DNA of 64,000 nucleotides from Promethearchaeota archaeon (GTDB taxonomy: Archaea > Asgardarchaeota > Lokiarchaeia > Sigyniarchaeales > SOKP01). Shown here in pieces: positions 22,261 through 33,169 of this stretch. A program made the position numbers and the translations under genes. Numbering within the stretch: position 1 is the stretch's first letter; each line of letters begins with the position of its first letter. The stretch covers positions 32,001 through 96,000 of the forward strand of contig JBHLPW010000003.1 of NCBI GenBank assembly GCA_048939015.1, in the 5' to 3' direction. The notes beneath the pieces are model-generated. The model was not told the DNA's origin. It saw nothing but the letters and a program-made list of their open reading frames with translations, and searched no databases.

Positions 22261-22418
22261 TATTTTTTTTTATTTTCTTTTTTAAAAATCGAGAACCAAA
22301 TTATCTTTAAACTTTCTTAGATGCTTTAAATTTAAAAAAACTTATTAGAAATAACAAATTTTATTATAGATAGGTAAATTCTATTTCCAATAGAATATAA
22401 CAGTAGAAGTGAAATATT

Positions 22419-23051
22419 ATGGCACATAAACGTCCTTGGCATTGTTATAGCAAATGGACTCGTAGACCTTATCAATACAAGAGATCTTCAAATCGTAGAC
22501 GTGAATATGCACGTGGTGGCGCTCAAAGCAAGATTGTTAGGTTCTGGGGGGGTAACAAAGATGTTGCATGGGAAGATTGGCCTCTTGTTGTGGGATTAAA
22601 AGTAAACTCCCAAATCCAAATTTCTTCAAACACTTTAGAAGCAATAAGAATTACTATAAACGGAGTTCTCCAGAGGAAACTCGGAAGACAAAATTTCCGC
22701 CTTCGAGTAAGACCAAAACCATTTCACAAAATTAGAGAGAATCGTATGTTAGCATTTGCAGGTGCAGATCGAGTTCAATCCGGGATGAGAAACTCCTTTG
22801 GAAGATCTACAGGAGTATGTGCTCGAATCAGAGCAGGACAAGTTATTGTAGACGTAGGCACACATTTAAGAAACCTTCCGTTAGTAAGAGACAGATTAAG
22901 AGTAGCATCAATGAAAGTAGCTAGTTCTTGTCAGATTGTAATTCTGAGATATAAGACACCTGAATTATTAAAACAATCAGGATTACCATTATATGATGAT
23001 AAAAAGAGAAGAGAAATACCTCTTTATGAATTAGAATTAGCTGAAACTTAA
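22419..23051 (+). CDS. rpl10e: 50S ribosomal protein L10e (uL16)
   Basis: RPWHCY, QISSNTLEAIR, PFHKIRENRMLAFAGADRVQSGMRNSFGR. Confidence 0.96.
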   Translation: MAHKRPWHCYSKWTRRPYQYKRSSNRRREYARGGAQSKIVRFWGGNKDVAWEDWPLVVGLKVNSQIQISSNTLEAIRITINGVLQRKLGRQNFRLRVRPKPFHKIRENRMLAFAGADRVQSGMRNSFGRSTGVCARIRAGQVIVDVGTHLRNLPLVRDRLRVASMKVASSCQIVILRYKTPELLKQSGLPLYDDKKRREIPLYELELAET

Positions 23052-23109
23052 TTTATATCATTTTTAAATCTTAAAATTACTTTATTCACTAAAAGTTCTA
23101 TATTAAATA

Positions 23110-23988
23110 TCAAGCCTTCTTTTGCATTTCCTTAATATTAATATTCTGTTTAGGTTTTTTGAAAATATTCATCATAAAAACACCTATAATTATAATAATT
23201 ATCGAAAAAATAATACCAATTGAAATTGTTGCTCCTTGTATAATTAATAATTCAAAAAAGACTGGGCCTGCAATATACAAGGAATTGTACATTGGGACTA
23301 ATTTCGAAGCATCAGCGCCCTTAGCAAACCCTATTTGAGTTAATATTAACGCAATAAACCCTGCTAGAAAACTAAACAAAAATATAAAGCTATCTATTTC
23401 TAATCTAAATACTCCTGCAAGAGTTTCAATAAAATTACTTGAGGTTAGCCCGATTCTTTTTAAGACATTATCGGTACCTCCCATTGTTCCAGCAACAGCA
23501 CCAAAAATAAAAGCTACGGCAATCTTAGTCTTCCAAGAAAATCCAATAAGTATAGAAAAAAATATAATCATTACAAGAATAATTATAAAAAAGTTTCCAT
23601 AATTAATCGTTCCTGTGACCTCTGGTTCCAAAATATAAAAAAATCCAACCATAGTTGTTCCAATAGTAATTAATATGGCTCCTATTAACTCATAATTATT
23701 AATCTCCTCATGTAAGATAAAACGTGAATAAAACATCAATAATATCAACCCTAGTCCAAAAACACTCGAAAATACTGCTGCTGAAGCAAAGGTGGTTCCC
23801 AGTATCTGCCAAATAGGAATTGTGTTATTCAATGCAAAACCTATAATATAGATCAAAGGTTTTTTCCCTTTTTCTTTTAATGACTTCTTTCTTGAAAAGA
23901 TTTCAATACCATGACGTTCCATGCCCTTAGCAAGATGCAACGTCAAAGTATTGATAATTCCAAATATAAGACCTAAAATAACAGACAT
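23110..23988 (-). CDS. DMT superfamily (NIPA-like) membrane transporter
   Basis: ~9 TM helices; ILHEEI..YELIGAILITIG and LTQIGF..ADASKLVP patterns resemble NIPA/DMT. Confidence 0.65.
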   Translation of the reverse strand: MSVILGLIFGIINTLTLHLAKGMERHGIEIFSRKKSLKEKGKKPLIYIIGFALNNTIPIWQILGTTFASAAVFSSVFGLGLILLMFYSRFILHEEINNYELIGAILITIGTTMVGFFYILEPEVTGTINYGNFFIIILVMIIFFSILIGFSWKTKIAVAFIFGAVAGTMGGTDNVLKRIGLTSSNFIETLAGVFRLEIDSFIFLFSFLAGFIALILTQIGFAKGADASKLVPMYNSLYIAGPVFFELLIIQGATISIGIIFSIIIIIIGVFMMNIFKKPKQNINIKEMQKKA

Positions 23989-24120
23989 TTTAAAGAAGGT
24001 TTGGAAATATTATTTATAGATTATGTGAATTACCTAAATAAATCTAGTTAAATTATAAAATATTATAAATTATTAGTATCCCATAATTGTTTAATTTTTA
24101 AAATCAATTGAATATATATT

Positions 24121-25470
24121 TTGAAAGATCTCGAACCGTTCTTTAACCCCAAAAGTATTTTAATAGTTGGTGTGTCAAGGAAAGCCTATACTTTTAGTTA
24201 CACCATTTTAAAGAACCTTTTAGAAATTTTTTACAGAGGAAATTTATATATTCTAAATCCTAATGCTGATGAAATATTAGGAATTAAATCATATCATTCT
24301 CTAAATGAGTTACCCGAAATCCCAGAACTAGCTGTTATCGTTTTAGGTAAACAGCTTGAAGAAATTTTCGAAAAAGTAGCGAAATTCGGAGTAAAAAATA
24401 TTGCAATTGAATCCGAGTTAAGAATTGAAACTGAAGATCCAATCTTAATAGCCAATTTGAATGCAATCAGTGAAAAATACGGTGTCTCTTATATGGGGCC
24501 TTCAATGATAGGTATTATTAATTTTAATAATAATTTCACTACTTCAATAATACCTGTAAGACAATATCTTATGCAAAAACATCGAAAAATAAAAGAAGGC
24601 ATTAGTTTTATTGCTCAATCAGGAGGGTTAGCTGGAGCTATGGGTTGGTGGGCACCATCTCAAGATTTGCCCATATCTAAAGTGATTCATTTAGGATATG
24701 GATTTGATATCAATGATGCTGACGTTTTAGAATATTTCAAGGAAGATGAAAAAACGAAGATAATTTCTCTTTTTCTAAGAGAAATCACAGAAGAAATTAT
24801 TAAAGCTGTAGAAGTTATTGCACCATTAAAACCAATTCTATTTTTTTACGTAGGAAAAGATGAATCAAAAGAAGTGGAGTTAGTTGAAGCTGGTGGAATT
24901 GCTGTTTCAAACTATATTGAACTTTTTGATCTAGCAAAGATATTTCTTTGGTGTCCAGAACCGAAAGGTGTTAACCTAGGGATAATTGGGCCAAGCTCTG
25001 GTGCGATTTATTTAATCGTTAAAGAAATGAGAAAACAAGGTTTATCACTTGCTAGAGTGAGTCAAGAACACAAAGAAATCATTCTAAATAAAGTAGGAGG
25101 CTCAACATGTAAATTAGGTAATCCTGTTGATTATTGGCCTCCTGAAAAGTTTGTAGGTACAAAAATATGTGAAATATATAATACGTCCTCTAAAGCTTTA
25201 CTAAAGGATGAAGCTGTTGACGGATTAATTCTGGCATTAGAATTTTTCATTGAAATTGAATTTGACTTCAACATCTTTGCTAAAATTAAAAAATTATTTC
25301 CAGATAAACCACTTATTACCGTATTAATTCAGGCTGAACGTGATGGGGCTAAAAGAGTTATTAAAACGGCCTCAGAATTAAAAATTCCCACTTTTGAAAA
25401 TGAAATTGAACGAGCAGTAAGGGGATATAAAATCCTTTATAATTGGCATTCAAAAATAAAAAGGAAATAA
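24121..25470 (+). CDS. acetate/acyl-CoA synthetase (NDP-forming) alpha-subunit-like CoA-binding protein
   Basis: FFNPKSILIVGVS, MGPSMIG, FIAQSGG, GNPVD; the phospho-His SHTG loop is absent. Confidence 0.85.
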   Translation: MKDLEPFFNPKSILIVGVSRKAYTFSYTILKNLLEIFYRGNLYILNPNADEILGIKSYHSLNELPEIPELAVIVLGKQLEEIFEKVAKFGVKNIAIESELRIETEDPILIANLNAISEKYGVSYMGPSMIGIINFNNNFTTSIIPVRQYLMQKHRKIKEGISFIAQSGGLAGAMGWWAPSQDLPISKVIHLGYGFDINDADVLEYFKEDEKTKIISLFLREITEEIIKAVEVIAPLKPILFFYVGKDESKEVELVEAGGIAVSNYIELFDLAKIFLWCPEPKGVNLGIIGPSSGAIYLIVKEMRKQGLSLARVSQEHKEIILNKVGGSTCKLGNPVDYWPPEKFVGTKICEIYNTSSKALLKDEAVDGLILALEFFIEIEFDFNIFAKIKKLFPDKPLITVLIQAERDGAKRVIKTASELKIPTFENEIERAVRGYKILYNWHSKIKRK

Positions 25471-25474
25471 AAAA

Positions 25475-26737
25475 CTATTTTAAAAAAATCTCACTGAGTT
25501 CTTCGGGAACTTCATCAGATTCATCCATTAATGAAAGTGCATAGACAGCTTCTCCACAATTACATTCCTTTCCTTCAAATAAGTAAAATTTAAATTGATC
25601 TTTCCAATTACAAACCTGAACGGTATTTATTTCCGCAATATCTCCGCATATACAATAAATAGCCATCTTTTCTGAATAATCGGGTATAATTTCTTTGAAA
25701 TCTTTTGAAGCTTTACTAAAATCAGAATTATTCAACATTTCGTTAATTTTATCAGCTAAATTATCTTTGAGTGTTGGTACAAAGTAATTAATAACTCCAT
25801 TTCTACCTTTCATTTCTGAAAGGACAATAAAATTTCTCTCCACCTTCTCTTCCTTCTTTTTTTCAGGTACTAAAGGTCCCTGATATTGTTGAAGCGACTC
25901 AGGTATTGGAAATGGCTCTACATCCGCAGGATAATCAAATGTATAAAAATATTGCATAGCTCCTCTTATATTTTTTTGATTTATTAAGGTGAGATTCTCA
26001 TAATCTCTACTATGAAGAACAAATTTTATCAATTGAAGAGGAACTTTTAATTCAATTAACCTCGATCGAATATTAGCTAATAATTCACCTGCGAAATTCT
26101 TTAAAATCATTATATCTTCTCGATTTCTTGTATAGATTTCATGTTTATTTTGCTCTTTAAAAGCAAACCATTTCTTAACGACATTACTTCTAATTAATTG
26201 AGGTATCAAACAAAATACACATAGAACCGGAAAGAGAACGAAAATAGGTAAATTAGGGATAAAAGCTAAACCAAAAATAACAGCGAATAATGGGAGTGTT
26301 ATAATTAAAGTTAATTTTCTCAATCGTTTATCCATTGAACTTTTTATACCCTTACTAAGAGCAAGCTCCTCTGCTTTCTGTTTTAGCCTATTTACAATAT
26401 CAATTATTCCTTTTGATTCGAAACTTTGTTTTAAAATTCTATCCTCCTCTCTTCCTTTACTAAAATCATCGATACTAGCTTTAATTTGTTTTGTGTATTG
26501 ATTTAAAGTGCTATCCTTAAATATGAAATCAAGAGTTTCTTCAGAAAAATAGTCTATAAAACGTACAATGAATAGTTTTTTCTCAACATCTTGAATGTCT
26601 GTTGGACCTAAACCAAGTGCCTCTTGAATAATTTGGCCTTGAGTTTTTCTTTGTGCTCTAGCTGACTTTTTCTTTTTTTTTTCTCGATTCTCCGAGCTCT
26701 CAGATTTTAGCTTTTCATCATTTTCAGTGTCTTTCAT
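25475..26737 (-). CDS. hypothetical membrane protein (TM hairpin, C-terminal CxC pairs)
   Basis: 420 aa ORF, charged N-terminus, two TMs, YCICGD and ECNCGE. Confidence 0.75.
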   Translation of the reverse strand: MKDTENDEKLKSESSENREKKKKKSARAQRKTQGQIIQEALGLGPTDIQDVEKKLFIVRFIDYFSEETLDFIFKDSTLNQYTKQIKASIDDFSKGREEDRILKQSFESKGIIDIVNRLKQKAEELALSKGIKSSMDKRLRKLTLIITLPLFAVIFGLAFIPNLPIFVLFPVLCVFCLIPQLIRSNVVKKWFAFKEQNKHEIYTRNREDIMILKNFAGELLANIRSRLIELKVPLQLIKFVLHSRDYENLTLINQKNIRGAMQYFYTFDYPADVEPFPIPESLQQYQGPLVPEKKKEEKVERNFIVLSEMKGRNGVINYFVPTLKDNLADKINEMLNNSDFSKASKDFKEIIPDYSEKMAIYCICGDIAEINTVQVCNWKDQFKFYLFEGKECNCGEAVYALSLMDESDEVPEELSEIFLK

Positions 26738-26996
26738 AATGTATTCATAACTTAATGTTTTAGAATTTAAGCTATGTAATTATTGACCGATAATTAACTT
26801 TTGTAAAATATTTTAATCTTAAAAAATAAAGAGAAGACTATATAGATTAGCTGTTTAAATTTATACGAAATTTGGAAACCTCTTTACATAATAGTAATAT
26901 TTAATAATAAATGAATTCAATTTTAAAGTTATAACCAATTAAGAAATCGAGTGAAAAGTTTAATTTCATTTTTAAAAATTAAACCAGGTAAGAATA

Positions 26997-28820
26997 ATGA
27001 GTGAAACAGTTATACCTAAAAAAAAACGAGCTGGAATTAGAGAGAATAAAAAACCTATAATTGTGGGAAGCACAATAGCAGTCATCGCGATCGCAGGAAT
27101 TCTTAGTGGTATTTATTATCTAAATATAAGACAAGAAAATGGAGTAGAGGAAAAAGACACACTTATCATGGGGCTTCAAATAGGTCCACAATCCTTCGAC
27201 CCTTTTTATTTTGGCTTTCCAGGTCTTCATCCTAGGGAAACCCTTCTGTTGTTTGATCAAGTTGCTGAAGGATTGTTTCAATATGACAGATGGAATAGTA
27301 CTAATCCCATTGTTAATAATCTTGCAACAAAGGGAGAATGGAGTAATGACGGTTTAAATTTTACTTGTACCCTAAGAAAGGGAGTTAAATTTCATGATGG
27401 AACGGTATTTAATGCAACCGCAGTTAAATGGAATATAGATAGACTTTATTATTTTTTAAATCATAATCCTGATGATTATTCAAATATGAGTTGGTGGATT
27501 CCTGTAATGTGGCATCTTCCTGACGGTGTTACGCCGATTGTCAATAAAACTATAGTAATAGACGAATATACGGTACGATTTGTGTTAAATGAACCTTATG
27601 TTCCATTGCAATCTTTATTGATGCATCAAAGCTCTTATATGTTATCTCCTACTTCTACTCCTTTTGATAGACTTATTGATATTCGTAATGTTAATGAAAC
27701 AATGGTAGGAACAGGACCCTTCACTCTGGATTTTTTCAATATAACAGAGGATTTTGGTGTAGGTGTCGTACCTTATACAATTTTGAAAGCCAATGAAGGA
27801 TATTGGCATGGGAAGCCTGAGATTGAGGAAATTATCCTCAAACCTTTTTTTTATGACTACCAAAGATGGGAAGAAATGCGATCTGGAAATCTCTCTTATT
27901 CGGATTCAGTTGATTGGTGGTCTAATCTTAATCTAACAACGCTTGAAATAATGAGAAACACTCCAGAGGTTAATGTATTACCGGTATATTTTCCCTGGCA
28001 TAATTATATTTGGATGCATTACGAAAGAATAAATGGTACAATGAGAAAAGCAATTTCATACGCTTTTAATTATACTCGTCAATTTGAAGAATTTGATTTG
28101 GTATTCCCTGAAATTCGTGGAGAAAGATTGAAATCTTATCTGCCTTCGAATTCTCTTTATGCGAACTGGACAGCCTTTGATATACCAGAATTTAACCTCA
28201 CTAAGGCACGACAAGTTTTAAAAGATGCAAATTGGCCCGGAACAGAAACATTGACTGTAGATGATGATATTAGTCCCGGAAACGATTGGGAACTGAAAGC
28301 AAAAAGTTCAACACCTCTCGCAACATATCATACTGGAGATGGGTGGAATAGTATGCTTCTCCCTAAAGTAGCCGTTTTATTAAATGATACCCTCAAACAA
28401 ATCGGAGTGAAACTCAATGTTTCTCACATGGATGTGGATCAATACTGGGATAATGCTTCTGTAGGCAACTTAGATTTTATTAAAACCAAATATTTAGGAG
28501 ATTATGACGATCCTGACAATATTATTACTCCACAATTTGCCAATATAACGAATTTTGAATGTTTTCAGGCTTATAGGTATAATGATCCGTATATGCAGCA
28601 GATGATAAAAGATGGAAGAACAGAACATGACCCAATTACAAGAAAGCAAATATATTATGAAGTTCAGAGATATCTTATTGAAGAGTCATATCCTCATATA
28701 ATGCTATTCAATGAAAAACTATATACATATTGGAATTCAAATGTAGGAAATGTACTTTCTGCTTATAGATCAGACAACTCATTCCTATTAAAAGACCTAT
28801 ATATCATTAAAAACTCTTAA
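26997..28820 (+). CDS. family 5 (OppA/DppA-like) solute-binding protein, membrane-anchored, copy 1
   Basis: Basic N-terminus plus TM anchor; LRKGVKFHDGTVFNATAVKW, GTGPF, RKAISYA, DYDDPD. Confidence 0.92.
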   Translation: MSETVIPKKKRAGIRENKKPIIVGSTIAVIAIAGILSGIYYLNIRQENGVEEKDTLIMGLQIGPQSFDPFYFGFPGLHPRETLLLFDQVAEGLFQYDRWNSTNPIVNNLATKGEWSNDGLNFTCTLRKGVKFHDGTVFNATAVKWNIDRLYYFLNHNPDDYSNMSWWIPVMWHLPDGVTPIVNKTIVIDEYTVRFVLNEPYVPLQSLLMHQSSYMLSPTSTPFDRLIDIRNVNETMVGTGPFTLDFFNITEDFGVGVVPYTILKANEGYWHGKPEIEEIILKPFFYDYQRWEEMRSGNLSYSDSVDWWSNLNLTTLEIMRNTPEVNVLPVYFPWHNYIWMHYERINGTMRKAISYAFNYTRQFEEFDLVFPEIRGERLKSYLPSNSLYANWTAFDIPEFNLTKARQVLKDANWPGTETLTVDDDISPGNDWELKAKSSTPLATYHTGDGWNSMLLPKVAVLLNDTLKQIGVKLNVSHMDVDQYWDNASVGNLDFIKTKYLGDYDDPDNIITPQFANITNFECFQAYRYNDPYMQQMIKDGRTEHDPITRKQIYYEVQRYLIEESYPHIMLFNEKLYTYWNSNVGNVLSAYRSDNSFLLKDLYIIKNS

Positions 28821-28877
28821 TTCAAGCTTAATTTATATTTAACCTACTTTTTTTTTCAGCTTAGAAAGTATATATTT

Positions 28878-29858
28878 CTAAGTGCTATAGACGGTATAAA
28901 ATAATATTCCTTCAAGATACAATGAGAAAATATAATTGTTATTTGCAGGAAAATCATCAGATTTAATACTATATCTATTAATTCCTACTGGTTCCGGATA
29001 AAATTCAAAATTATACATTGTCCTATTAAGGAGGACAGTAGCATATTTATAATTGTATAGAGTAAATTTTGCTCCAATTTCAGGAGAATTATCGTTATAA
29101 TTTAAGATGGTTGGAATATCTATTGCTGTAATAATAGAACCAGTAACATTAGCACCCATAAGTTTATGTTGAGTAATATAGATTTTATTTTTAATCGAAG
29201 AAAGAATCCACATACTATTCTGTGTATATTCTACATTGTAAGATTTCAAAACTAATTTTCCATTCTTTGTAACTCCAGTGATGTTCCCTTCGACAATACA
29301 ATTTGTTAGATCAAAGAATATATCACCGTTGGTAATATTAACATTCAAATTACTAATATGGACATTAAACGGGACAATTAAATCAACATTACCATCCATA
29401 ACGGCAGTAGAAATATCAAAAATCACGCCCTTTCTTAGGGTTACTGTTATTGAGACATCCCTTAATAAAGAATCCACTTCAGATTGAGTTACATTTGAAA
29501 ATAGTCTCATTGAGAAATCATATGGTGAGCTTGTTTTATCACCTTCGCTGATATTAAAATAATTTGAATAGCTTTTTCCCGCTAATCCTGAACCAGCCAT
29601 CTCAACATTTACTTCTATCCTCATAAAATAATCAACTGGGGGATCTATATATTTTATTTCGATATCCCCAATTTCAACATTAAGGTTTAATTTTTCAACA
29701 GCTGAACGGTTATCTGGAGTATAGGGATAAGAATAAGAGTAATTGATTATGCCATATGATGAGAGATTAACTGAGAGTACTCCAATTGGGACTGTGATAA
29801 TAAACCCGAAGCTACTAATCAGTATTATAGTAAATATTATTGCTCCTTTTTTCGCCAT
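28878..29858 (-). CDS. DUF4097/adhesin-like beta-repeat protein, N-terminally anchored, copy 1
   Basis: N-terminal TM; repeated xNGDI/xGNV beta turns; paralog of 31874-32851 and 34917-35909. Confidence 0.65.
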   Translation of the reverse strand: MAKKGAIIFTIILISSFGFIITVPIGVLSVNLSSYGIINYSYSYPYTPDNRSAVEKLNLNVEIGDIEIKYIDPPVDYFMRIEVNVEMAGSGLAGKSYSNYFNISEGDKTSSPYDFSMRLFSNVTQSEVDSLLRDVSITVTLRKGVIFDISTAVMDGNVDLIVPFNVHISNLNVNITNGDIFFDLTNCIVEGNITGVTKNGKLVLKSYNVEYTQNSMWILSSIKNKIYITQHKLMGANVTGSIITAIDIPTILNYNDNSPEIGAKFTLYNYKYATVLLNRTMYNFEFYPEPVGINRYSIKSDDFPANNNYIFSLYLEGILFYTVYST

Positions 29859-29900
29859 ATTTGTTTGCTGTTAATTTGATTTCAGATGCCTATAATTAAT

Positions 29901-29930
29901 TTGATAAGACTCTTTTGTATTTAAATCAAT
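29901..29930 (-). promoter_or_regulatory. conserved TATA-containing promoter of DUF4097-like gene copy 1
   Basis: Minus strand ATTGATTTAAATACAAAAGAGTCTTATCAA; near-identical at 32894-32923 and similar at 35951-35981. Confidence 0.6.
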
Positions 29931-30096
29931 CACTTGCGAATTTGGTTTAAGATGATATAATTGATCTATCACTATGAAATGTATGATCGTAAGATTTAAT
30001 AATATATGAAATTAATTTCTTTGTTACAACAACATTGTGAAATCTCATTTAATATTCAAATTTTCAGAAATTTGAAAAATTCAAAAATTCATTTTA

Positions 30097-31830
30097 ATGA
30101 TTAAAATGGTGGCAGAAAAAAAAAAACCGAAAAAAAAAATTCCTAAATTTAAGGAAATTAAAAAACCTATTATCATTGGGGCTATAATTGCCGGTTTTGC
30201 AATAACGGGAATTATAGTTGGTATTATTATATTAGGTGGTTACGATACAGATAAACCACCTAAAATTTTAACTTTTGGTTATCCTGGTTTACCATTTACT
30301 CTTGATCCACTTGAAGTTGCGTATCCTATAGATATAAATATGCTATACCAAGTAGCTGAAGGTCTATTTGATATTGATGAGAACGGAAACATTATTTCTG
30401 GTCTTGCATATATTAATAATCGTACATGGAGCCAAGATGCGCTAAATTTAACTTGCAATCTTAGAAAAGGTGTTAAATTCCATGATGGAACACTTTTTAA
30501 TGCTTCTGCTGTTAAATGGAATTTTGATAGAATTTATTATTTTCTTAATAATTCACTACTTGAATATCCAGATTTATGGATTTTTCCAGATGGAACTCCC
30601 ATTGTTAATGATACTCAAGTGATTGATGATTACACTGTTAAGTTTGTTTTGAACAAAGCTTTTGTACCTTTCGAAAGCTTATTAGCAACTTATAGTTCCT
30701 TTATAATCTCCCCAACTTCTACACAAGAAGATCGATTTCTCAATCTTGGAAATGATAATATCACCGGAACTGGTGCTTTTATCTTTGAGCACTTCGAGCC
30801 TTCAAAAAATATTTCGATGCTGGCAAACCCAATTTATTGGAATGGTAAACCAAAAATCGATAAACTCATATTAATCGAATTAAATACGACAGACTTTACT
30901 ACTGGTGCCCCACTATTGTCTGGAGACGTCGATCTTATGTTTCGGCATTTTGGGTGGGAAGAAGAAGTACTTGAAACATTCAGAAATAATTCCTCGTTTA
31001 TTGTAGAAGCTGGGCCTTTCTCAAATCTTCGATATCTTGTAATGAATAATGAATTGATAAATAAGACAATGAGAAAGGCAATTTCTTACGCTCTGAATTA
31101 TTCTTTTATCGAAACTCTTGGAGGAATTAGGGCAAAATCTCCTATTCCCGAAAGTATTCTGTATTATAATACTACAGGGATAAATGTACCTTTTTATGAT
31201 GTTTCAATAGCACGTCAAACTTTGAAGGATGTTAATTGGAATAATACTGCTGGTGCTTTAACTGCTGATAATAATATTAGTGCAGGTAATGAATGGGAAA
31301 AATTAGTAGATAATGGAACACCCCTCGCAATATATAATTATACATATGTTAAGAATTCTCCCATTTTTCCCCCCTTAAATTTTATCACATTATTAATTGA
31401 AAACCTCAAACAAATTGGAATAAAAGTTGAACCTTATAATATATCCATTACAAAATATAGCGCACAAAGGTTTGAAACAGGAGGATATCATAGAAATATG
31501 TTCGAACTCTGTTGGGGTTGGTGGGCTGCTGATTATAATGATCCATCCACTTTTATTAATCCACTCTTTACTAATGAAACGGTTGCATTTAATACAGGTC
31601 AGGTTAATGATCATCTCACACAAATGTGGATGACTGAAGCTTTATCAGAAACTGATCCAATAGCTCGAAAGGATTTATATTATGATATTCAAAAACATCT
31701 TATTGAAGAAGTATATCCCATTGCGTTTTCTTACTCTACAGTTTTAGCAGCAATTTATGATTCAAATATCAATGGCTGGAGTACCAATTCTTGGAATTGG
31801 CCCTTTAAAAATGTCTGTTTTGATTTATAA
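30097..31830 (+). CDS. family 5 solute-binding protein, membrane-anchored, copy 2
   Basis: LRKGVKFHDGTLFNASAVKWNFDR, GTGAF, RKAISYA, ADYNDPS. Confidence 0.92.
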   Translation: MIKMVAEKKKPKKKIPKFKEIKKPIIIGAIIAGFAITGIIVGIIILGGYDTDKPPKILTFGYPGLPFTLDPLEVAYPIDINMLYQVAEGLFDIDENGNIISGLAYINNRTWSQDALNLTCNLRKGVKFHDGTLFNASAVKWNFDRIYYFLNNSLLEYPDLWIFPDGTPIVNDTQVIDDYTVKFVLNKAFVPFESLLATYSSFIISPTSTQEDRFLNLGNDNITGTGAFIFEHFEPSKNISMLANPIYWNGKPKIDKLILIELNTTDFTTGAPLLSGDVDLMFRHFGWEEEVLETFRNNSSFIVEAGPFSNLRYLVMNNELINKTMRKAISYALNYSFIETLGGIRAKSPIPESILYYNTTGINVPFYDVSIARQTLKDVNWNNTAGALTADNNISAGNEWEKLVDNGTPLAIYNYTYVKNSPIFPPLNFITLLIENLKQIGIKVEPYNISITKYSAQRFETGGYHRNMFELCWGWWAADYNDPSTFINPLFTNETVAFNTGQVNDHLTQMWMTEALSETDPIARKDLYYDIQKHLIEEVYPIAFSYSTVLAAIYDSNINGWSTNSWNWPFKNVCFDL

Positions 31831-31873
31831 AAATTTTAATCCATAGAAAATTCACGTTGAGAAAGAATATAGA

Positions 31874-32851
31874 TTAATAAACATTGTTGGTATTTATTTT
31901 ATATTCAAGTACATAAAAAAAAAGCTCAAAATTATTTTCAGCTGGAAAATCCATTGATATTAATTGAAATCCTTTTGGAAACAATGGATGATTGAGAGGA
32001 TCGTCGAACCCGTCTATTATTTGTCCCCCTGATTCCCAATGAGTCAATGGAAAATTAAACAATGCACCAACTTTAAAAGATTGATCTCTATAAATTAAAT
32101 CATATAAAAATTCAGCGAACACAGAACCAGTTATATTAGCACCCATTTCTATATATTGGTATACTTGTAAATCCATCTTACCGTCTTGAGTAGTAAGATT
32201 CCAGATCACGTTCTGTGTACATTGAATGTTATTTACTATAAATTTCATATCTCCATTATTAGTGCTCCCTGAGATGTTTCCCTGTAGTATGCAATGATTC
32301 AAATCATAAAAAAGGTTGCCATTAGTTGTATTTATTTCTAAATTATTAACAGAGACTCCATAGGGGATATTTAATTCAATATTTCCTTCATTTACAGTAG
32401 TTTTAATCTCAAAAATTATATCAGCTCTAAGAGCAACAACTATTGTAATATTCTGAATTAAAGACAGTACTTCTACTTGGTTAATATCTGATCTAAATTT
32501 CATAGAAAAATTTACTGGAGAATTTATATTCTGCCAATTAATATCAAAAAAATCTGAATAGTCTTTCCCAGCCAGTCCAGGACCTGTCATCTCAAGATTC
32601 ACATATATACTCATATAATTATCAATGGGGGGCTCTACATACTTTATCTCGATATCTCCTTTATCAATATCAATATTTAATCTTTCAATTGAAGAAGGTA
32701 TATCTGGTGTATATTCGAAGGGCAAGTTAGTATAATTAATTTTGCCATAGGATGAGAGATTTACAGAAAGAACACCAATAGGAACTATAATAATTAATCC
32801 GAATCCAAAAATCATCAATAGACCAATTAAAAATGTTCTTTTGTTCGCCAT
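31874..32851 (-). CDS. DUF4097/adhesin-like protein, copy 2
   Basis: Shares VPIGVLSVNLSSYG, GLAGK.YS, MGANITG, DFPA.NN with copies 1 and 3. Confidence 0.65.
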   Translation of the reverse strand: MANKRTFLIGLLMIFGFGLIIIVPIGVLSVNLSSYGKINYTNLPFEYTPDIPSSIERLNIDIDKGDIEIKYVEPPIDNYMSIYVNLEMTGPGLAGKDYSDFFDINWQNINSPVNFSMKFRSDINQVEVLSLIQNITIVVALRADIIFEIKTTVNEGNIELNIPYGVSVNNLEINTTNGNLFYDLNHCILQGNISGSTNNGDMKFIVNNIQCTQNVIWNLTTQDGKMDLQVYQYIEMGANITGSVFAEFLYDLIYRDQSFKVGALFNFPLTHWESGGQIIDGFDDPLNHPLFPKGFQLISMDFPAENNFELFFYVLEYKINTNNVY

Positions 32852-32893
32852 TATGGTTTATTCCCACAATGAATTCATAAACCTTTAATTATT

Positions 32894-32923
32894 TTGATAA
32901 GATTCGTTTGTATTTAAATCAAT
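32894..32923 (-). promoter_or_regulatory. conserved TATA-containing promoter of DUF4097-like gene copy 2
   Basis: Minus strand ATTGATTTAAATACAAACGAATCTTATCAA, matches 29901-29930. Confidence 0.6.
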
Positions 32924-33169
32924 CTTTAACTATTCTATTTGTAGAACAATTAAATATTTTTTATACAGGCTTTCCCTTGTTATCCTTAGTTTGCGTTCAT
33001 TAAAGGTAAGAAAATTTTTACAAATGCTAGAAGTGGGGTATTTCTATCCAATTATCCTAATAGTAAACTTTAATTATAACTTTGACAAATTTATAATATA
33101 TTACGAAAAAGTGAAATCTAATTAAGAATATCAAATCATTAAAATCCATCTATATAAGGGGGACTATTA

